Assembly: GCA_047495785.1 (NCBI GenBank)
Contig: JBLDXI010000038.1
Span: 1 to 64,000 of the forward strand
DNA length: 64,000 nucleotides
Reading direction: 5' to 3'
DNA from: Lepidodermella squamata
Lineage: Eukaryota > Animalia > Gastrotricha
The position numbers were made by a program, and so were the translations under genes. Below the pieces are notes generated by a model. That model did no database searches and was not told the DNA's origin. It saw only the letters and a program-made list of their open reading frames with translations. Below, piece after piece: positions 49,401 through 62,761 of the stretch; the first letter of the stretch is position 1; each line of letters opens with the position of its first letter.

Positions 49401-51342
49401 CCGTGTGACAACGGCTAAGACAGCCGATAAACAGCAGCGGAAAGCATCGTTGAAGGCCGAGGAAAAGCCAGCGGGAAATGAACGAATCATTGACGATGAT
49501 AGAATCGCCGAGGGCGCAGTGCCACTTGGTGTTTATGGCATTTATGCCAAAGCAATGGGAGTCGCCTTGGTGGCGCTTTACATTCTTGGAATTCAGGGAT
49601 TTAACGGAGTTGAAGTGGCCGCTAAAAACTTCCTCGCTGATTGGACTGCTAGCGTTGCCATCAACGCTACAACAGCTTTATCGGATAAGGACTATAACTT
49701 TCGTGTATATTGCATGTTCTCAGCGAGCCAAGCCGTTATCATCCTCATTTCCTGTATCATTGTCGGCGTTGGCGCCTTGCGAGCGTCGAGAGCCCTTCAT
49801 GCGCAACTACTTCTCAATATCATGCGCTCTTCGATCAGGTATTTCGAGGCAACTCCTGTGAGCCGCATTGTCAGTAGATTCGCTAAGGACATGGAAACTG
49901 TCGACGTGGCTCTGATCGATATGTTTGTAAAATTTGTCGCAACGGCCACTTATATCGTTTCAACCTTTGTCGTGTTTACCGTGAAGCTACGTATTTTCTT
50001 GTTGGTTGGCGTACCCTTGCTGGCCTTCTGCTTCTTACTTCAGCGTCTCTACGCTCCAACAGCTCGGCAGCTGAAACGCATCGAACTATCGACATTGGGT
50101 CCAGTTCTTGCTCACTTCAATGAGAGCGTTTCTGGAGTCTCCAGCATTCGAGCTTTCGGTCGTCAGAAAATGGCGACGCAGACCTTTGGGAAACTGCTGG
50201 ACTTCAATAACACCGCTTACTATTTGGGCCAGGCGACTGTTAGTTGGCTTATCGTGAGGACTGAATTCGTTGGTCACACGATAACTTTTGCTACAGCAAT
50301 AATTGGTGTGATGCAACGCGATTCGCTTGATCCAAGCGCAGTCAGTCTTGCCCTCTCCTTCGCAATGTCCGTGAATTACTTTCTGTTTTGGACAATTCAG
50401 AACGCGACGACGTTGGAAAGCTACGTCATATCCGTTCAGCGGCTTGAAGAATACAATACAACTCAGAAAGAGCAGCCGTGGTCAGTGCCTGAAATTGACA
50501 AATCCCCCGAAATGACCGACTGGCCGAGCGAGGGTGAAATCACTTTCGACGACGTTACATTTCGTTACCGTGATGGCCTCGATTTGGCCCTAAATCATCT
50601 CTCATTTTCTATTAGACCTCGCGAGAAAGTTGGCATGTAAGTACAGCCTGATTTGTTCTTCATTTGAAATTATTTCAATCGTTTTTTTAGAGTTGGACGT
50701 ACTGGAGCTGGTAAGTCTTCCCTGGGCGTGGTTCTACTCAGAATCGCTGATATCACCAGCGGAAAGATTTTGATTGACGGAGTCGATATCAGCACGATTG
50801 GGCTACACAAACTGAGAAACGCTGTGACACCGATTCCCCAAGACCCCGTGCTATTCACGGGAACATTACGTTTCAATCTCGATCCCTTCGAGAGGTTTCC
50901 CGACTCGGCGCTGAAAAAGTGTCTGGAGCTAGTCCATCTTCGAGACTTGGTCGATGCCGACCCGGCTGGTCTTGACATGGCTATCACAGAAGGCGGGACG
51001 AATTTTTCGGCCGGTCAGCGTCAGCTGATTTGCCTGGCCCGGGCGCTACTTCGCCGGCCTAGTGGTAGCTCGAAAGCAACGCACATTTTGCTAATGGATG
51101 AAGCTACGTCGTCGATTGATGAAGCAACCGATCGTTTGATAGGCACAATGATAAAGCGAGAGTTTCACGATTTCACGGTCATCACCATTGCGCATCGATT
51201 AGAGACGATCATGTCTTACGACAGGGTGCTTGTTCTCGCTAATGGCCAAATAGTAGAGTTCGACACTCCAACTTACTTGCTGAGTGACGACAAATCTTAT
51301 TTCCACAGTTTGGCGAAAACTGCTGGCTTGATAAAAAACTAA
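46447..51342 (+). CDS. ABCC/MRP1-type ABC transporter with TMD0
   Basis: NBD1: GEIGSGKSS, LSGGQKQR, YLLDD. NBD2: GRTGAGKSS, FSAGQRQ, LMDEATS. There are two TMDs plus N-terminal TMD0 exons. Confidence 0.95.
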
Positions 51343-51475
51343 ACAACCACCTCATACAAAAAGCTTAATATTTGTTCAGTTTTTCATTCGCTAATATCGG
51401 GTAAACAAAGAAATGGAGTTATCAACGTGACATCTACCTGCAATAGAATTAATCTGCATTTTTATACGCTTCAAA

Positions 51476-52195
51476 TCAATAAATGTTTGCAGATTTTTCA
51501 GCTGGTTTATCGTTGACGAAAGCCATCCTGGTCGCCGATGGGCATAGCTTGATGCCGTGGCAAACCTTTTGGGTACTGATTTCGCTCAGTAGAGTGACTA
51601 ATAGTTGCGGTGTTTTTTGGTAAACCAGCTCTTTGCACTGAAATTTAAGAGAAATACCTAGCTGATAGACTTAGTTAGTTCATAATCGATGACGTACCTT
51701 CTTCTGCAAAATCGAAGGCACCTTCTCGCAGACTTTGTTCATAACTTTTTCTACAATCTGGACTGTTACATTTTCGTTCAGCAGCCCGATCAAATAATTA
51801 GCTGCGATTCGGCACAGGTAGCACTTGCTGTCAGGGTCGATTTTCGGAATGCTCAACTCGGGTTCTGTCAATCCTGATTCTGAACAAATTCCAAGTTCCT
51901 TACAAAGCATCGAGTCTCCGAAAGTGTTTGCGACCTTTTCACAGAAAAGCCAATATAAGCTGGATTAATTCGAATTATTAATGTTAACCTCGACAATTTT
52001 TTTCACCAGCGTTTTAGCGAGATCGCGGCATGAATTCGGTGGCATAAAAGATGGGCAATAGTTGTGCGCTTCCAGCTGCTCAGTGAAAAGCGCTGTGATC
52101 CCGGTATCGTCGATCATCTGTTCCAAGCTCGTAGAACTAACAGATGCTAGACTTGGGAAACTAAGCAACAGCAGAACAGCTGCTATGGGGTGCAT
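51476..52195 (-). CDS. Small secreted saposin-domain protein (derived from prosaposin)
   Basis: Signal peptide, one degenerate and one complete SapB domain (CYLCRIAANYLIGLLNEN..VCEKVP..C..VCHGIKLC). It is similar to the last domain of the adjacent prosaposin. Confidence 0.8.
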
Positions 52196-52946
52196 TTTTG
52201 CTGGCTAAGCTCACAATTAAGAAACAAATGCGCTGGAACTATCATGAACCCTTTCTGATATATTAATTCGGAAGAGCGATAAGCTCTTATCAATTTCGAG
52301 TCTCATTGTACCTGACGAAAACAGTTACGCGAAACTTGTGAGCTCTTACTTTATTTGTAAACAAATAGCCCGGTGTCAGAAAAACTCAAGTCCAGTCACT
52401 TTGATCTCCATTGTTGGCATAGTTAAACCATTCATCACCATTTCACATTAATTTTTAGTTTGAATGTTCAGACGCAATATCACGATCGAAGCATGACACA
52501 TCGGTTCGAGAAAAGCAAAAGCAAAAAGTTGAAAAACCACTCATCATAGAAACAGACCAAATCCCAGATGATTATTGTTGTTAACACAAGTTGGATAAAA
52601 AAGCGGTGATTCATCAAAAGTAGCGTTGACGAGATTAAGTAAGACATGAAAATGGCTTCGTGATTATGCACATCATCAGATGAAACGTATTTCGTGTGTA
52701 TTTCGCATGCAGAACTTGTAAGAGCCTATCAGACCTTAATAAGAATCGTTTTAGAAACGAGCCGGAATTTCGCCTAATGAAATTTTAATAATATGAAACT
52801 CAGATAAATATGAATGTCTTTCAAATATTATGTAAAGCTCAGTTAGGATAAACTTGAAGAAATCATATTTCAGCAAGGTATCTGATATAGCACATCGTCA
52901 GTGAAAATTAATGTCTTTCTGATATACAATGAATCTCACATCGATC

Positions 52947-54726
52947 TCAATAGGCAAAGGGTGCGACAACCATTTCTTCTTTACCCAGGTTGACTTGAGG
53001 AGGAACGACACCAGGGGTAATAGGGCACAGCTCCAGCGATTGGCAAATTGTTTGCGTGTTCAAGCTGCTGAGAATCACGGCCAAAAGTTGAGGCGTGTAT
53101 TGGTCGACAAACATTTGACACTAGAAATCAATAGATTATAAAAAGCGTTCATATATTCATGATTTTCTCACTTCTTTCGTCAACTTCTCCGGTAAATAGT
53201 GGCAAACTTTGTCGAGGGCATGTTGAACTCCCTCGGCGGTGTAGTTCTCGTTGAGAATGCTGATCAAATAGTTGGCGACAATGCGGCACATGAAGCACTT
53301 GTTGTCAGCCTCGGTTTTCTTGTCACCACCTTTGTTGGTGCTGGTCTCGTAGTTGTTTTCGGCAAATCCATTCAGAACAGGGCCAATGTTCATGAAAGCC
53401 TTCACAGCATTGTGAAGATTTACGTCGCGAATTGGTGGGACTGGGGTTGCTTCTTGTGGCTCCTGGTTACCGGTGCACAAGCCAATGACGGCGCAGATGG
53501 TCTGCGGGTCAGTAGAATGGGTCAGCAAGTCAATGAGTTCTTGGCCATACATCGCGATAAATTGCTGGCATTGTGCCTTAACAGTGTTTGGCATAATGTT
53601 GCACACTTGCGTTACAGCTTGAATGACTTTCTCGTCGGTAGCGTTGTCCTGGAGGTCCTGCATGACTGTAGAAATGACGTATTCGCAGAGAACGCACTGC
53701 ACGCTGGCTTCGACCTCGAGATTCCTGACAGGTCGTTTAGCAGCAAGACGGGCTGGCTTGATCATAGCCAACGGGACAATCGGTTCTTGAACACGCTCAA
53801 CAGCGGGTTTCCGGGCAACTGGGCAGAGACCGATAGTTTCGCAAGCGGCAAGTGGATCAAGATTGTTGAGGACGTTGTAGATTTCCGGAGCGTATTCATC
53901 AATCATTTTGTCGCACTCGCCAGGCAAAATAAACCGCGGGCAGATATTCTTCTTTAGAATATCAGAAATTTCGTCGCGAACTTGAGTATTCGCAAAGACC
54001 ACTTTAAGATCTGCAACGCCCTGTTTGCACGTATCGCACTGTTCATCGGTAGTGCCAGCGAACGAGCGTAAAGAGCTTGGGCGCATTTGGTTGCTGTGCT
54101 TAGCTGTCGTGTTAGCCATAACACCGATGATTGCATCGACTTTCGCCGTCTTCAGCTTGTCAATGGCTAGGCGAGTCAAGGTTTCCTGGCTGATGGCAAA
54201 ATATGGCCTGTAGCGGAGCGGGGCGAAAAACATATCCGCGGTCGCGCAAAGATTGATCGTACGGCATACTCTGTTAAAATACAACACAATAAATGATAAA
54301 ATCCACGCAGCTTGCGCAATCTTACGCAGTTGGATCCATATTTTGCTTCAACATGGAAATGATTTGGACGATGTACAAATTGGCAATGCCTTTGCATTCG
54401 TCGGAAATGAATTTATCTGAGATAGCAGCGCAGGCTTTATCGGCATAGGCAATAATGGCTTGCTCTGTCTGATCAGCAGTGACATAGTCGCGAATGTCGG
54501 TGACCAACTTTTTGCAGAAGGTACAAGTCGTGTCGTCGTGGAGTTCTTTGACGAAAGATGCTTGCTTCCAGGTGTTACGGATGCAAAACTGAACAGCTCC
54601 GCAGTCTTTTGCAGCTCTAACGCCACTGCACCAATACGAGGGGCCCCATGTGCACTGCTTGCCCTCTTCAGCAGCAGACTCAGCTGAAGATATCGCCAAT
54701 ACACCAAGTAAGATAAGTTTCAGCAT
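52947..54726 (-). CDS. PSAP: Prosaposin-like
   Basis: Signal peptide, SapA (CTWGPSYWC..CGAVQFC) and four SapB domains (CTFC, CDTC, CVLC, CFMC), in 3 exons. Confidence 0.9.
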
Positions 54727-56499
54727 TTGCTTTACAATGTAAATATAAGTATTGCCTAAAACAATATTTTAAATAAGAAAATTAGTATGACCAACAATTA
54801 CCATATTCATTAATCATGCTTCAAGAGAACAATCATGAACTATGGCCAGCTGCGAACCAACATCAAACATAATAACGCCGCAATTTCCAAAGACAGAGTC
54901 CAGAACCTTGGGAAATTCAGCGCATTTAAGCGAGACTAATCACAGCGTAAAAATCCCGGCCATATATCAGTGATTCATTAGGAAAACACGTACGGTGGTT
55001 ACACTATAAATCATAAACCGTGAAATAGTAACATATATCTTTAACTACGTCTCCTAATTATAAAATAATAAACCCAATAAACCTTATTCAACATACGACC
55101 TACGCGGATCTTTCCAGTAAAATTGTGATTGGCGATTGAAATAAAAGTCACGTTAACAAAATTGTCGTAGCTCAGCGTTTCAAAATCGTAAAGTAACTCA
55201 AATCCCCTGCACCCTGCACTTACAAATTTCAGAGAGTTACAGGGATAATGTTTCAATATTAGGTCATTATGAGCCCTTTGAACATACTGTGGTCATGTTC
55301 AGCTTGGAAACAAATAGGTAATTTCGATTTCCTCCTATCGTGCTATAGCGCAGACCATATAGAGATTGTATAGGTCAAGGTTAGGTCAAGGGTCAAGAGT
55401 AATTTCTCTACTAGGGGCAAATCAATGTGAATAAACGCAGTTGTCACAGCGACCAGAAATATCCGTATAAGATAATGAGAACTCCGTCACTCGTTTAGTG
55501 TTAGTTCGAGCACGCACGGGTTTACTTAATTTAATATTCGCACTCTGCGAAACAAAAGGAAAAAGGAAGATGATTCCACGAGCGCATCGCCAGCGCCTGC
55601 TGAACGTAAATCAGTGGCGAGAGCTCGTGATTATCCACTCCAACTATTCAACTATTTAACTTTAACTTTCAACTTACTTCAACCTTCAACTTGAACTACA
55701 GTACAGACTGCAGACTGAAGAGACCTTTCCTTGGCACAGGTCATTTCGCGCGAACCTTGGTGAATTTTCTAACGTCAAGGACAAATAATAAATTTAAATT
55801 ATTTCAGAATTAATATTTTTCGACCTTTTTGATAATTCTTATTAGGTTTTTGATGACAATTTGATCGCGGTAAAAAATGTAAAATTGTCTTACGCTGCGC
55901 TTGGCAGCGTGGCGTAATGGGCAGGTCCCTAACTTGATAAATTGATAACAGGGGGAAGTGAGGGGAAAAATCTAAAATATCATGAGGATTGGATTGGAAT
56001 CGAGATGTCACAGGTTCATTTGTTTAGCTTTCGTTGTCGAGGATACGAGCTGTCGACTTCACTCTTTACGCCTGGCTCGCTTCGATAGCCTATTTGATCT
56101 TCAATAACATCCCCTTGTGCGCTTTTCGCCTTTTAGAATGAATAAATAGATAATTATTTTCGCCACCCGAAACAGGTAAGGGGGACACACTGTAGCGCAT
56201 CCTTGCGAGTCGGTCATCAGTTCAAGTTCAGCTGCAGTCATGCGTTTGTGGAATTGAGCGAGTCACTCGTAACGCTAGCTCGATGTTCAGAGCATACTGT
56301 CAGAATGATAATGAACAATTGATGCGCTTAACTGTAATGCGCGGGTATTGGCGCGGTTGATCTGCCATCCCCACAACTTAAACAAGTCTGACCTGTGCGA
56401 AAGCCTGCTGTGAAATAATTCTCGTGATATCCTCGCTCTATATCTGTTGCTGAAGACCGGATATTTTTCTGATGCATGGCGTAAACTGACATGCCGAGA

Positions 56500-56777
56500 C
56501 GTATTATTCATTGACGTATTAATTACCTATATAGTGAACTTTGGGAGACAGGCAGCACCGAAAACGTTGCATCGGCTCCAATCAACTCAAGATCGCGCTG
56601 TTAGAATCATATGTGGCGCTCATCCTTGTTTATGATTTACTGCTCGTGTCTCATTTGACATTGTCCTATACCTTTGTAACTGTCCGGTAATGTTATGTTA
56701 CCTTTCAATTTTCAGTTATGTCGAGCTGCTCTCTTGGGTGTTATAGCTGTTAAATAGATAAATAAATAAAATAAATG
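56500..56777 (+). mobile_element. Degenerate 3' fragment of a CR1/L2-type non-LTR retrotransposon
   Basis: AAPKTLHRLQSTQDRAVRIICGA resembles the RT C-terminal motif of these LINEs. It is followed by an (AATA)n-like tail at 56750-56775. Confidence 0.55.
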
Positions 56778-56819
56778 AGCCTTCTCATTGGAAGATTCGC
56801 ATGCGTAGAAAGAAGTCTA

Positions 56820-56995
56820 ATTAAAGTAGGCCTCACTTCAAAAACAACTATTAGGAAAAAAACCGACGGCTCTCGAGGACGACCCAAGAAAGATGGGTCA
56901 AACTCGATTGAAATAATAGCAGAAGACGTGGACTTGCACGCCACAGAATTAACGGCATTAAATAGAGATGAATGGCAAACAACGGTTTCAGAACT
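56820..56995 (+). mobile_element. Degenerate RTE-type LINE C-terminal fragment
   Basis: GSRGRPKK...IAEDVDL...ALNRDEWQTTV resembles the RTE ORF end (RGRP..W...D....A.DR..WR..V). Confidence 0.45.
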
Positions 56996-59286
56996 GGAAA
57001 ATTACGAATTTTATGGTAAAAGCAAATTGCTAACTGCGGGGGTGGGCGTTTTTTCTTAAAGTTTGCCTTCTTTCGCTTTCCACAAAACCCGAAAGGGTAT
57101 AGACGCCTTAGTCGCGTGGAAGTTGAATAAAATCATTCATATCATATTCATATTCATTGGAATTCTTCCACCACATTTAAAGAAAAGACAACATGAACTG
57201 TTCCTCATCCTCTGTGCTTATGAGACGGCTTTATTCATTATGTTTCCGATTTTCCGGGTCAAAGACCATCGTCATCCAACAAAAAATTGCAGCTGGTGAC
57301 TTAGTGACTTGGTCGCTTGGTCGCCTGGCGGCTGAGTCGCAATCATTAATTTGTGCCAAAAAAGTGTCAATCCCATTCATTTATTGTAGAGTAGTAATTC
57401 CGTTCGTTGGCCGATTTCTAGGGAAAGCGTTATTTTCTCGATCGCAGTTGTATACAATAGCTGAGGTGTTTTATCGGTTTACGATTTATAGGTTTATTAA
57501 ACGATCCAATATGCCTGCGCGATATTCAGGTGATCAAGGCGTTAATCAAGATGAGTTAGTCTACACCTACAGAGCGAGAATTTCTCGTATAAAAGGCCCT
57601 GTTTCGAGCCTCACGAAGAAACACGCGAGAAATCGAGCGGAGCTGGCTCAGCGTTTAGTTCTGGAACTACTCCCACACACCCTTCAGCTTTCATATGCGT
57701 GCTCTTCGATTCTCAGGTAACAGGTAAGGATCGATCAACTTGGATGATGACGAGCACCAATACATTTACACTTAATGAATCTGAATTTCGGATGCACTTC
57801 TCAGATTCTCAGATTCGGATTCTCAGACTATGAGTAAATAGTCATAAGTAGAGCTTCGGCTTAATTACTCATGACTCTTATAACGAAAAGCAGCCTTTTC
57901 ATAGTAAACTTCGAAAGCATGCGCTCGATAAATCAATTGCCAAGGAATTTGAGTCAATTTCTGAGAGGATATTGCAAAGAGGATATCAGAATGGGAAAGA
58001 TTAATCATACATCTTCAAACTTTATTCAACTTCATGGGTCGACAATTTTGAGTGGGGAATGACTTTTGCTTCTTTGTCTTCTTCCTTCTTTCACTCCACG
58101 AAAAAGTGATTGTTTGTATAAGATTGTTTACCAATCGGCAACCGAAGCCTGAGGACCGCGGTTCGACCAACAATCATGGGACTCATAACCTTGTGGTGAC
58201 GTCTGATTATTGACTGATAATAGTAAAAGAAAACAAAATCTTCTTTGATGCTAACTGCTACATGTTGAAAGGAAACTTGAATAAATAAGAGTGTACGAGA
58301 GTAGTAAAGAGAGTACGAGTATGAAGAGTATGAGTATGATATTAATACTCATATATTGAATATTTTAATACCTATTCATTGGAATGTGGCTATTGTGAAT
58401 ATTATTTGCCTAGAGATCAGATAATAAAATTTGATTTTGATTGATCTGATGTCTATGATTGTTCGATTTGCGAAGACTTCTCCTTGTAGCTCTATCTCGG
58501 AGGAGCGTGTATTTGCTCAGTTTAGATGCTTACTAAGGTTAGATACTCTCGGAATGATACTCCAAGATCTCTTCTGATAAATCTTTTCGAAAGAAAACTT
58601 GAAATCACTTATCCCTTAGTTTACTGATCATTTCACGAGGTATTGAATTTAACAGAATGATAGCGCAGCGTGAGTATCCAGGTTGACAAAGGAGTAAGTA
58701 AAAACAGAGCAGACTCCTTAAGGAAAAGCTATCATTTAGCTAAATCCGAGTAGGCATAGGTTCAGCGAAACCTTGGGTGCTACGTAGCATTAGAGTATGC
58801 TTCCTAGATTCTATCTAGATCATCTGAAATCTAGCATTCATGGGCTCGGAGTAAGAATAGCTCACTAAGCTTTTCTCAATAGCGCATTGTTACGGAGAGT
58901 GAATGAATACGAGAAGATCACCGAGAGAGGTTCTCATGAAAGCATGGAGTAATAAAGATGAATTCCAAGAGACTCAACTATGAACTTGATGCGCAGGGAT
59001 TACTATCTGTATATACCAGATGAGGGATAGGAAGGAATTGATAACAAGAAAAAGGCAGATTAGTGAAAGAGTAAACCTGAGCAAAAAGCCAGACTGAGGA
59101 GACATGGCAAACGGCGAACGACTAGCAGACGTCTTTCGCCATGAATGCTGGAAGACGACGAAGAAGAGTCACGAGGAAGACGACGCTATATCACAGCAAC
59201 TAATTGTCCAGAAAAAATATAATTTTTCCAAATATTTTTTGGCTACTAGTTTTCACAAAGAATTCAAAAAGATGAACTCAGAAAAC

Positions 59287-59378
59287 GAGCATCTGCCGCA
59301 GTCGCCCACCACAAACAGAGAAAAACGGAGGGGTCGGCTTCCGCCTAACAGCAGTCCCGGAGTCCCGGGACCTGCCCA
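59287..59378 (+). repeat. Hairpin-forming repeat, copy 1 (inverted partner of 62762-62843)
   Basis: GAGAAAAACGGAGGGGTCGGCTTCCGCCTAACAGCAGTCCC matches the revcomp of copy 2 at 39/41, then GGGACCTGCCCA matches at 12/12. Confidence 0.85.
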
Positions 59379-60899
59379 CTGACTGATTTTTTCTTTGCGT
59401 CTCTTTTTGCGCGATCCTCACTGATTTTTCGCAGCTTTTCCGTGAATTCTCGCCAGGATCCAGGATGCAGATGTTTTCTTCACCACTAATAATAAATTTG
59501 ATCCATATATTGAATCTTGAAGCTACGGAATTGTTTTTTTATTGGAAATAATGCATACGAGCGCCGCCAATCACAAATTCAGTCACTGCAGTGATTATTA
59601 AATGGGCCAGGAAGTCACCAAATTTATCGTTCCTATCCCTCCCCCACTTTCTTTCCTATGGGGTCAGCGCGTGTCCACTTCATAATTTGTTGAAGGGCCA
59701 AGGGTGGACTGACTTTCATAGAATTATTCGTCAAGGAAAGACGACTCGGTTTTTTGTCAATGACAGCGAACGACCGAATAGAAAATATTGGCCAAGCGTG
59801 CAGAATGTAGTCTAAAGTTAGAGGCGAATTGCGAGAATGTATTTTTTGTCCACATTCACTGCACGAAAAAAATCCGATCCCCTTTGCGTAATAATTTTTT
59901 CCGGTGAGCCTGCGATGAAACTCTATCGAAAATTACTAGCTGTTTTCACATCTCAAAGATCAACCTACTTTAAGAATATGCAAACATTTCATGGCAGAAC
60001 AATGATTTTTCTCTTCAACCAAATGCTCAATTCACGGACTTTAATACAAAGGCTTTTTTGCGCAGTTTATTTCATGCCGTACAGAATATCCTAAGAGAAT
60101 ATCTTAATATTGACGATTACGAAGGCACTCTACCAACATGCGACTGCGGACTCAAAGCAAAAGACTGCCGGCATAGTGTGTGACGAACAGTTCACTCGAA
60201 CAATGGGGGACCAACCAGCCTGACAGAATTCGCGAAATGCCTTTGAAAAAAGTAGCTATTTCTGGCTAGTATGCATATTTTTCATGTAACCTCGACACCG
60301 CGCTCCCGCGAGACAATACCTACGACAACATCGCAGCATTTCTACCTGTGCTTGCAATTACCTGCCGGCTAAAACTGGGACACGCATGAGCTGGCAGGCG
60401 GCAGGTAGTAAAGAAATACAAAAACATCCACAATATTAATGTAAAATATTCTATTTCAGAGTGATATAAAGTCATATAAAGAGCATTCATAGCGGTTCAT
60501 AGCGGTGATCAGCATTCCCGATTTTGGCTCAATAATCGTATCATCATTTACCATCCAGTATCTTCCAGTGTATTCAGTATCCAGTGTACCAGTGTGTATC
60601 CAGTGACGTATGTATCTATAGACTACTGCTTATAATCGCTGGAATAACAGTTTAATTGAGCCCAACCAAATACATAAATCCGTAATATGTTGAGTTAAAT
60701 GGTGCAGTCTGCGTGCCATCAAGGTGATAGGATCGGTATTAAACGCAGCGCGCGCAACAGAAGTTTAATGTAAGGTCGAATAAATAGACCTATCGAACAG
60801 TAGCATTTGGTAATGGAAACGGAATTTACACAGCGACGCAAATAGACATAGGGTTTGCATGGTTATCTCTTACCAAGCATAAACTACAGCGTAAATTAA

Positions 60900-62326
60900 A
60901 TGCTCGGCTTTTCATTTTCTTATTATTGCGCATATCGCAGCCTTTCTCGATTCGCTAGGAGATGTCGCATGAAATATCGGTTAAGTATCCCTAACATATT
61001 GACCGTGACATGGGCATTACTGTACATTGTGATGTTGTTGTTCGGCGATGCTTTGAGAATCACACTGGGTGATCTTCATTCTGGCATTTATAGAACTCAG
61101 CAAGTAATTTTTGAATATGGCTTCGGAGGTATCAAGGAGCAGTCGATGGCTGCTAGGACATTCAAAGCTCTCCATTCTCATCTAGATAATATTCTTCTCC
61201 AAACTTATGCCGACAGACGCAATTCAACTATCCGACAATTGCAACACCGAGTAAAAGCCATAGAAAATCGCTTATATCCATGGTCGAAAAAGTTCAGATC
61301 TTTAATGGAATTAAAGCATAGTTATTCTGGCAGGGGTATTGTGATGGCGGTTGGAAAGCCACAAGTCAATTTTGCCTTGACGCTTGTCAAGTCCATACGG
61401 CTGTTAAATTGCTCTCTTCCAGTTATCGCTTACTACAATAACGAAGCTGATCTGCCATTAAATGACCGAAAAACCTTGAGCGATGCCGGTATTGCAAGCG
61501 TGAATTTGCAAGATATATTCGATGACAGAGCGATTGGACTTGAAACTTATGTTGGCAAGCCATTTTCTATATTAGCATCTCCGTTCCGGGAAGTTATAAT
61601 GGCGGACTCGGACGTCGTATTTTTACAGAATCCCGAAATATTATTCGACGATCCTGTATACAAGGAAAATCGCTCCCTGTTTTACTATGACAGGACGGTC
61701 CAGTTCCAAGACAAGAGGTACTTTCTGGATAGCATTTTTCCAAAGCCCTTATCAGGAAGAGTGACCAGCTCACGGCTATACGGTTTAACTGGTCACGAAC
61801 AAGAAGGTAAACAGCTTTATTTACTTCCTGCATTTAATCCTTAAACGAGTGCTCTGTTTCAGCCGGTGTTGTAGTTTACGACAAAGTCGATAGATTTTAT
61901 TCGTTGCTTGCTGCTTGCAAGCTAAACTGTGTGGTCCCTCGATACCAAGTGTATTTTGAATCTATCGGAGATAAGGAAACCTATTGGTTGGGTGCTGAGA
62001 TCGCTCAAGAACCCTATGGCTTTGACCCGTCTATGCCTGGGCTTGCCGGAACTGAAGTCGTCGAGCACGGTGGACGGAAAAAAATCTGCGGGCGTCTGAT
62101 GCATGTATCACACGATGGAAAGCCTTTGTGGTTAAACGGGGCAATCGTACAAAAGTACGAAGACCAAAAGAAAATGACGCAGTTTGAATCATGGGGATTG
62201 GAAGGTGAATGGACCGATCACGTCCAATGTATTGTTGATGCTCCTGTAATTCAGAAGCTGGAAAGATCGACTAGATTGCTGCTAAATGACTTGGGACACT
62301 ATTGGTTGAGCTTAATCGTAAAATAG
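60900..62326 (+). CDS. GT71 / Mannosyl_trans3 (MNN1/MNT-like) alpha-mannosyltransferase, 2 exons
   Basis: Signal-anchor, GRGIVM, LVKSIRLLNCSLP, KPFSILASPFREVIMADSDVVFLQNP (DxD), FYYDR, HEQE|AGVVVYDK (intron 61807-61862) and GDKETYWL. The start may be 60969. Confidence 0.88.
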
Positions 62327-62761
62327 ACTTTCCTCAGTCAAAGTAAAAAGGGTTACGCATCTAAGAGTGAGATCTCGATTGAGTGGGGCAGCGAAAATAT
62401 ATCTGAAGTTCAAAAAACCTCGAAACTATTTACCAGGCTGGTTGCAGATTGTCCGCAATGTGGTCGCGAGCTAGATGATTAAAGCGTAATTTGGTAGCGG
62501 TAATCAGGCTTGCAGCCGATCATAAAGACTTCGAATTATGGCTCACCTAGCAGTCATTTCTTGCCAGTGGGTGAATTGCGACATGCGACGAGGGGATATG
62601 AGACGGGGTCTTATGAACTCAGCGACACGACCCCGACCTGGTCACCTTCCGGATCTCTCGGGACAGACTGTTCTTTCTCAAGAATACTTAGTTGTGCGAC
62701 GATCACTGGCGAGGTTGCGGTTAATAACATCGGTTAAATGCTAACTCAGAGACTATCGGAA

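Noticed and set aside
53199-53957. 252-aa antisense ORF to prosaposin (similarly 45091..45606)
   Set aside because: Antisense shadow of a biased coding region, with no recognisable motifs.
57193-57720. 175-aa ORF in the TE-rich region
   Set aside because: No domain signature or supporting exon structure.
58140-58195. tRNA gene (GGTTCGA B-box-like, CTCATAACC)
   Set aside because: No cloverleaf can be folded and the elements are in the wrong order. At most a decayed SINE head.
59318-59378. Twister- or HDV-like ribozyme (GGAGGG-stem-loop-TAACA resemblance)
   Set aside because: I could not form twister P2, L4 (UCCCAAGC-like) or the pseudoknots, nor HDV P1/P1.1. Kept only as a structured repeat pending cmscan.
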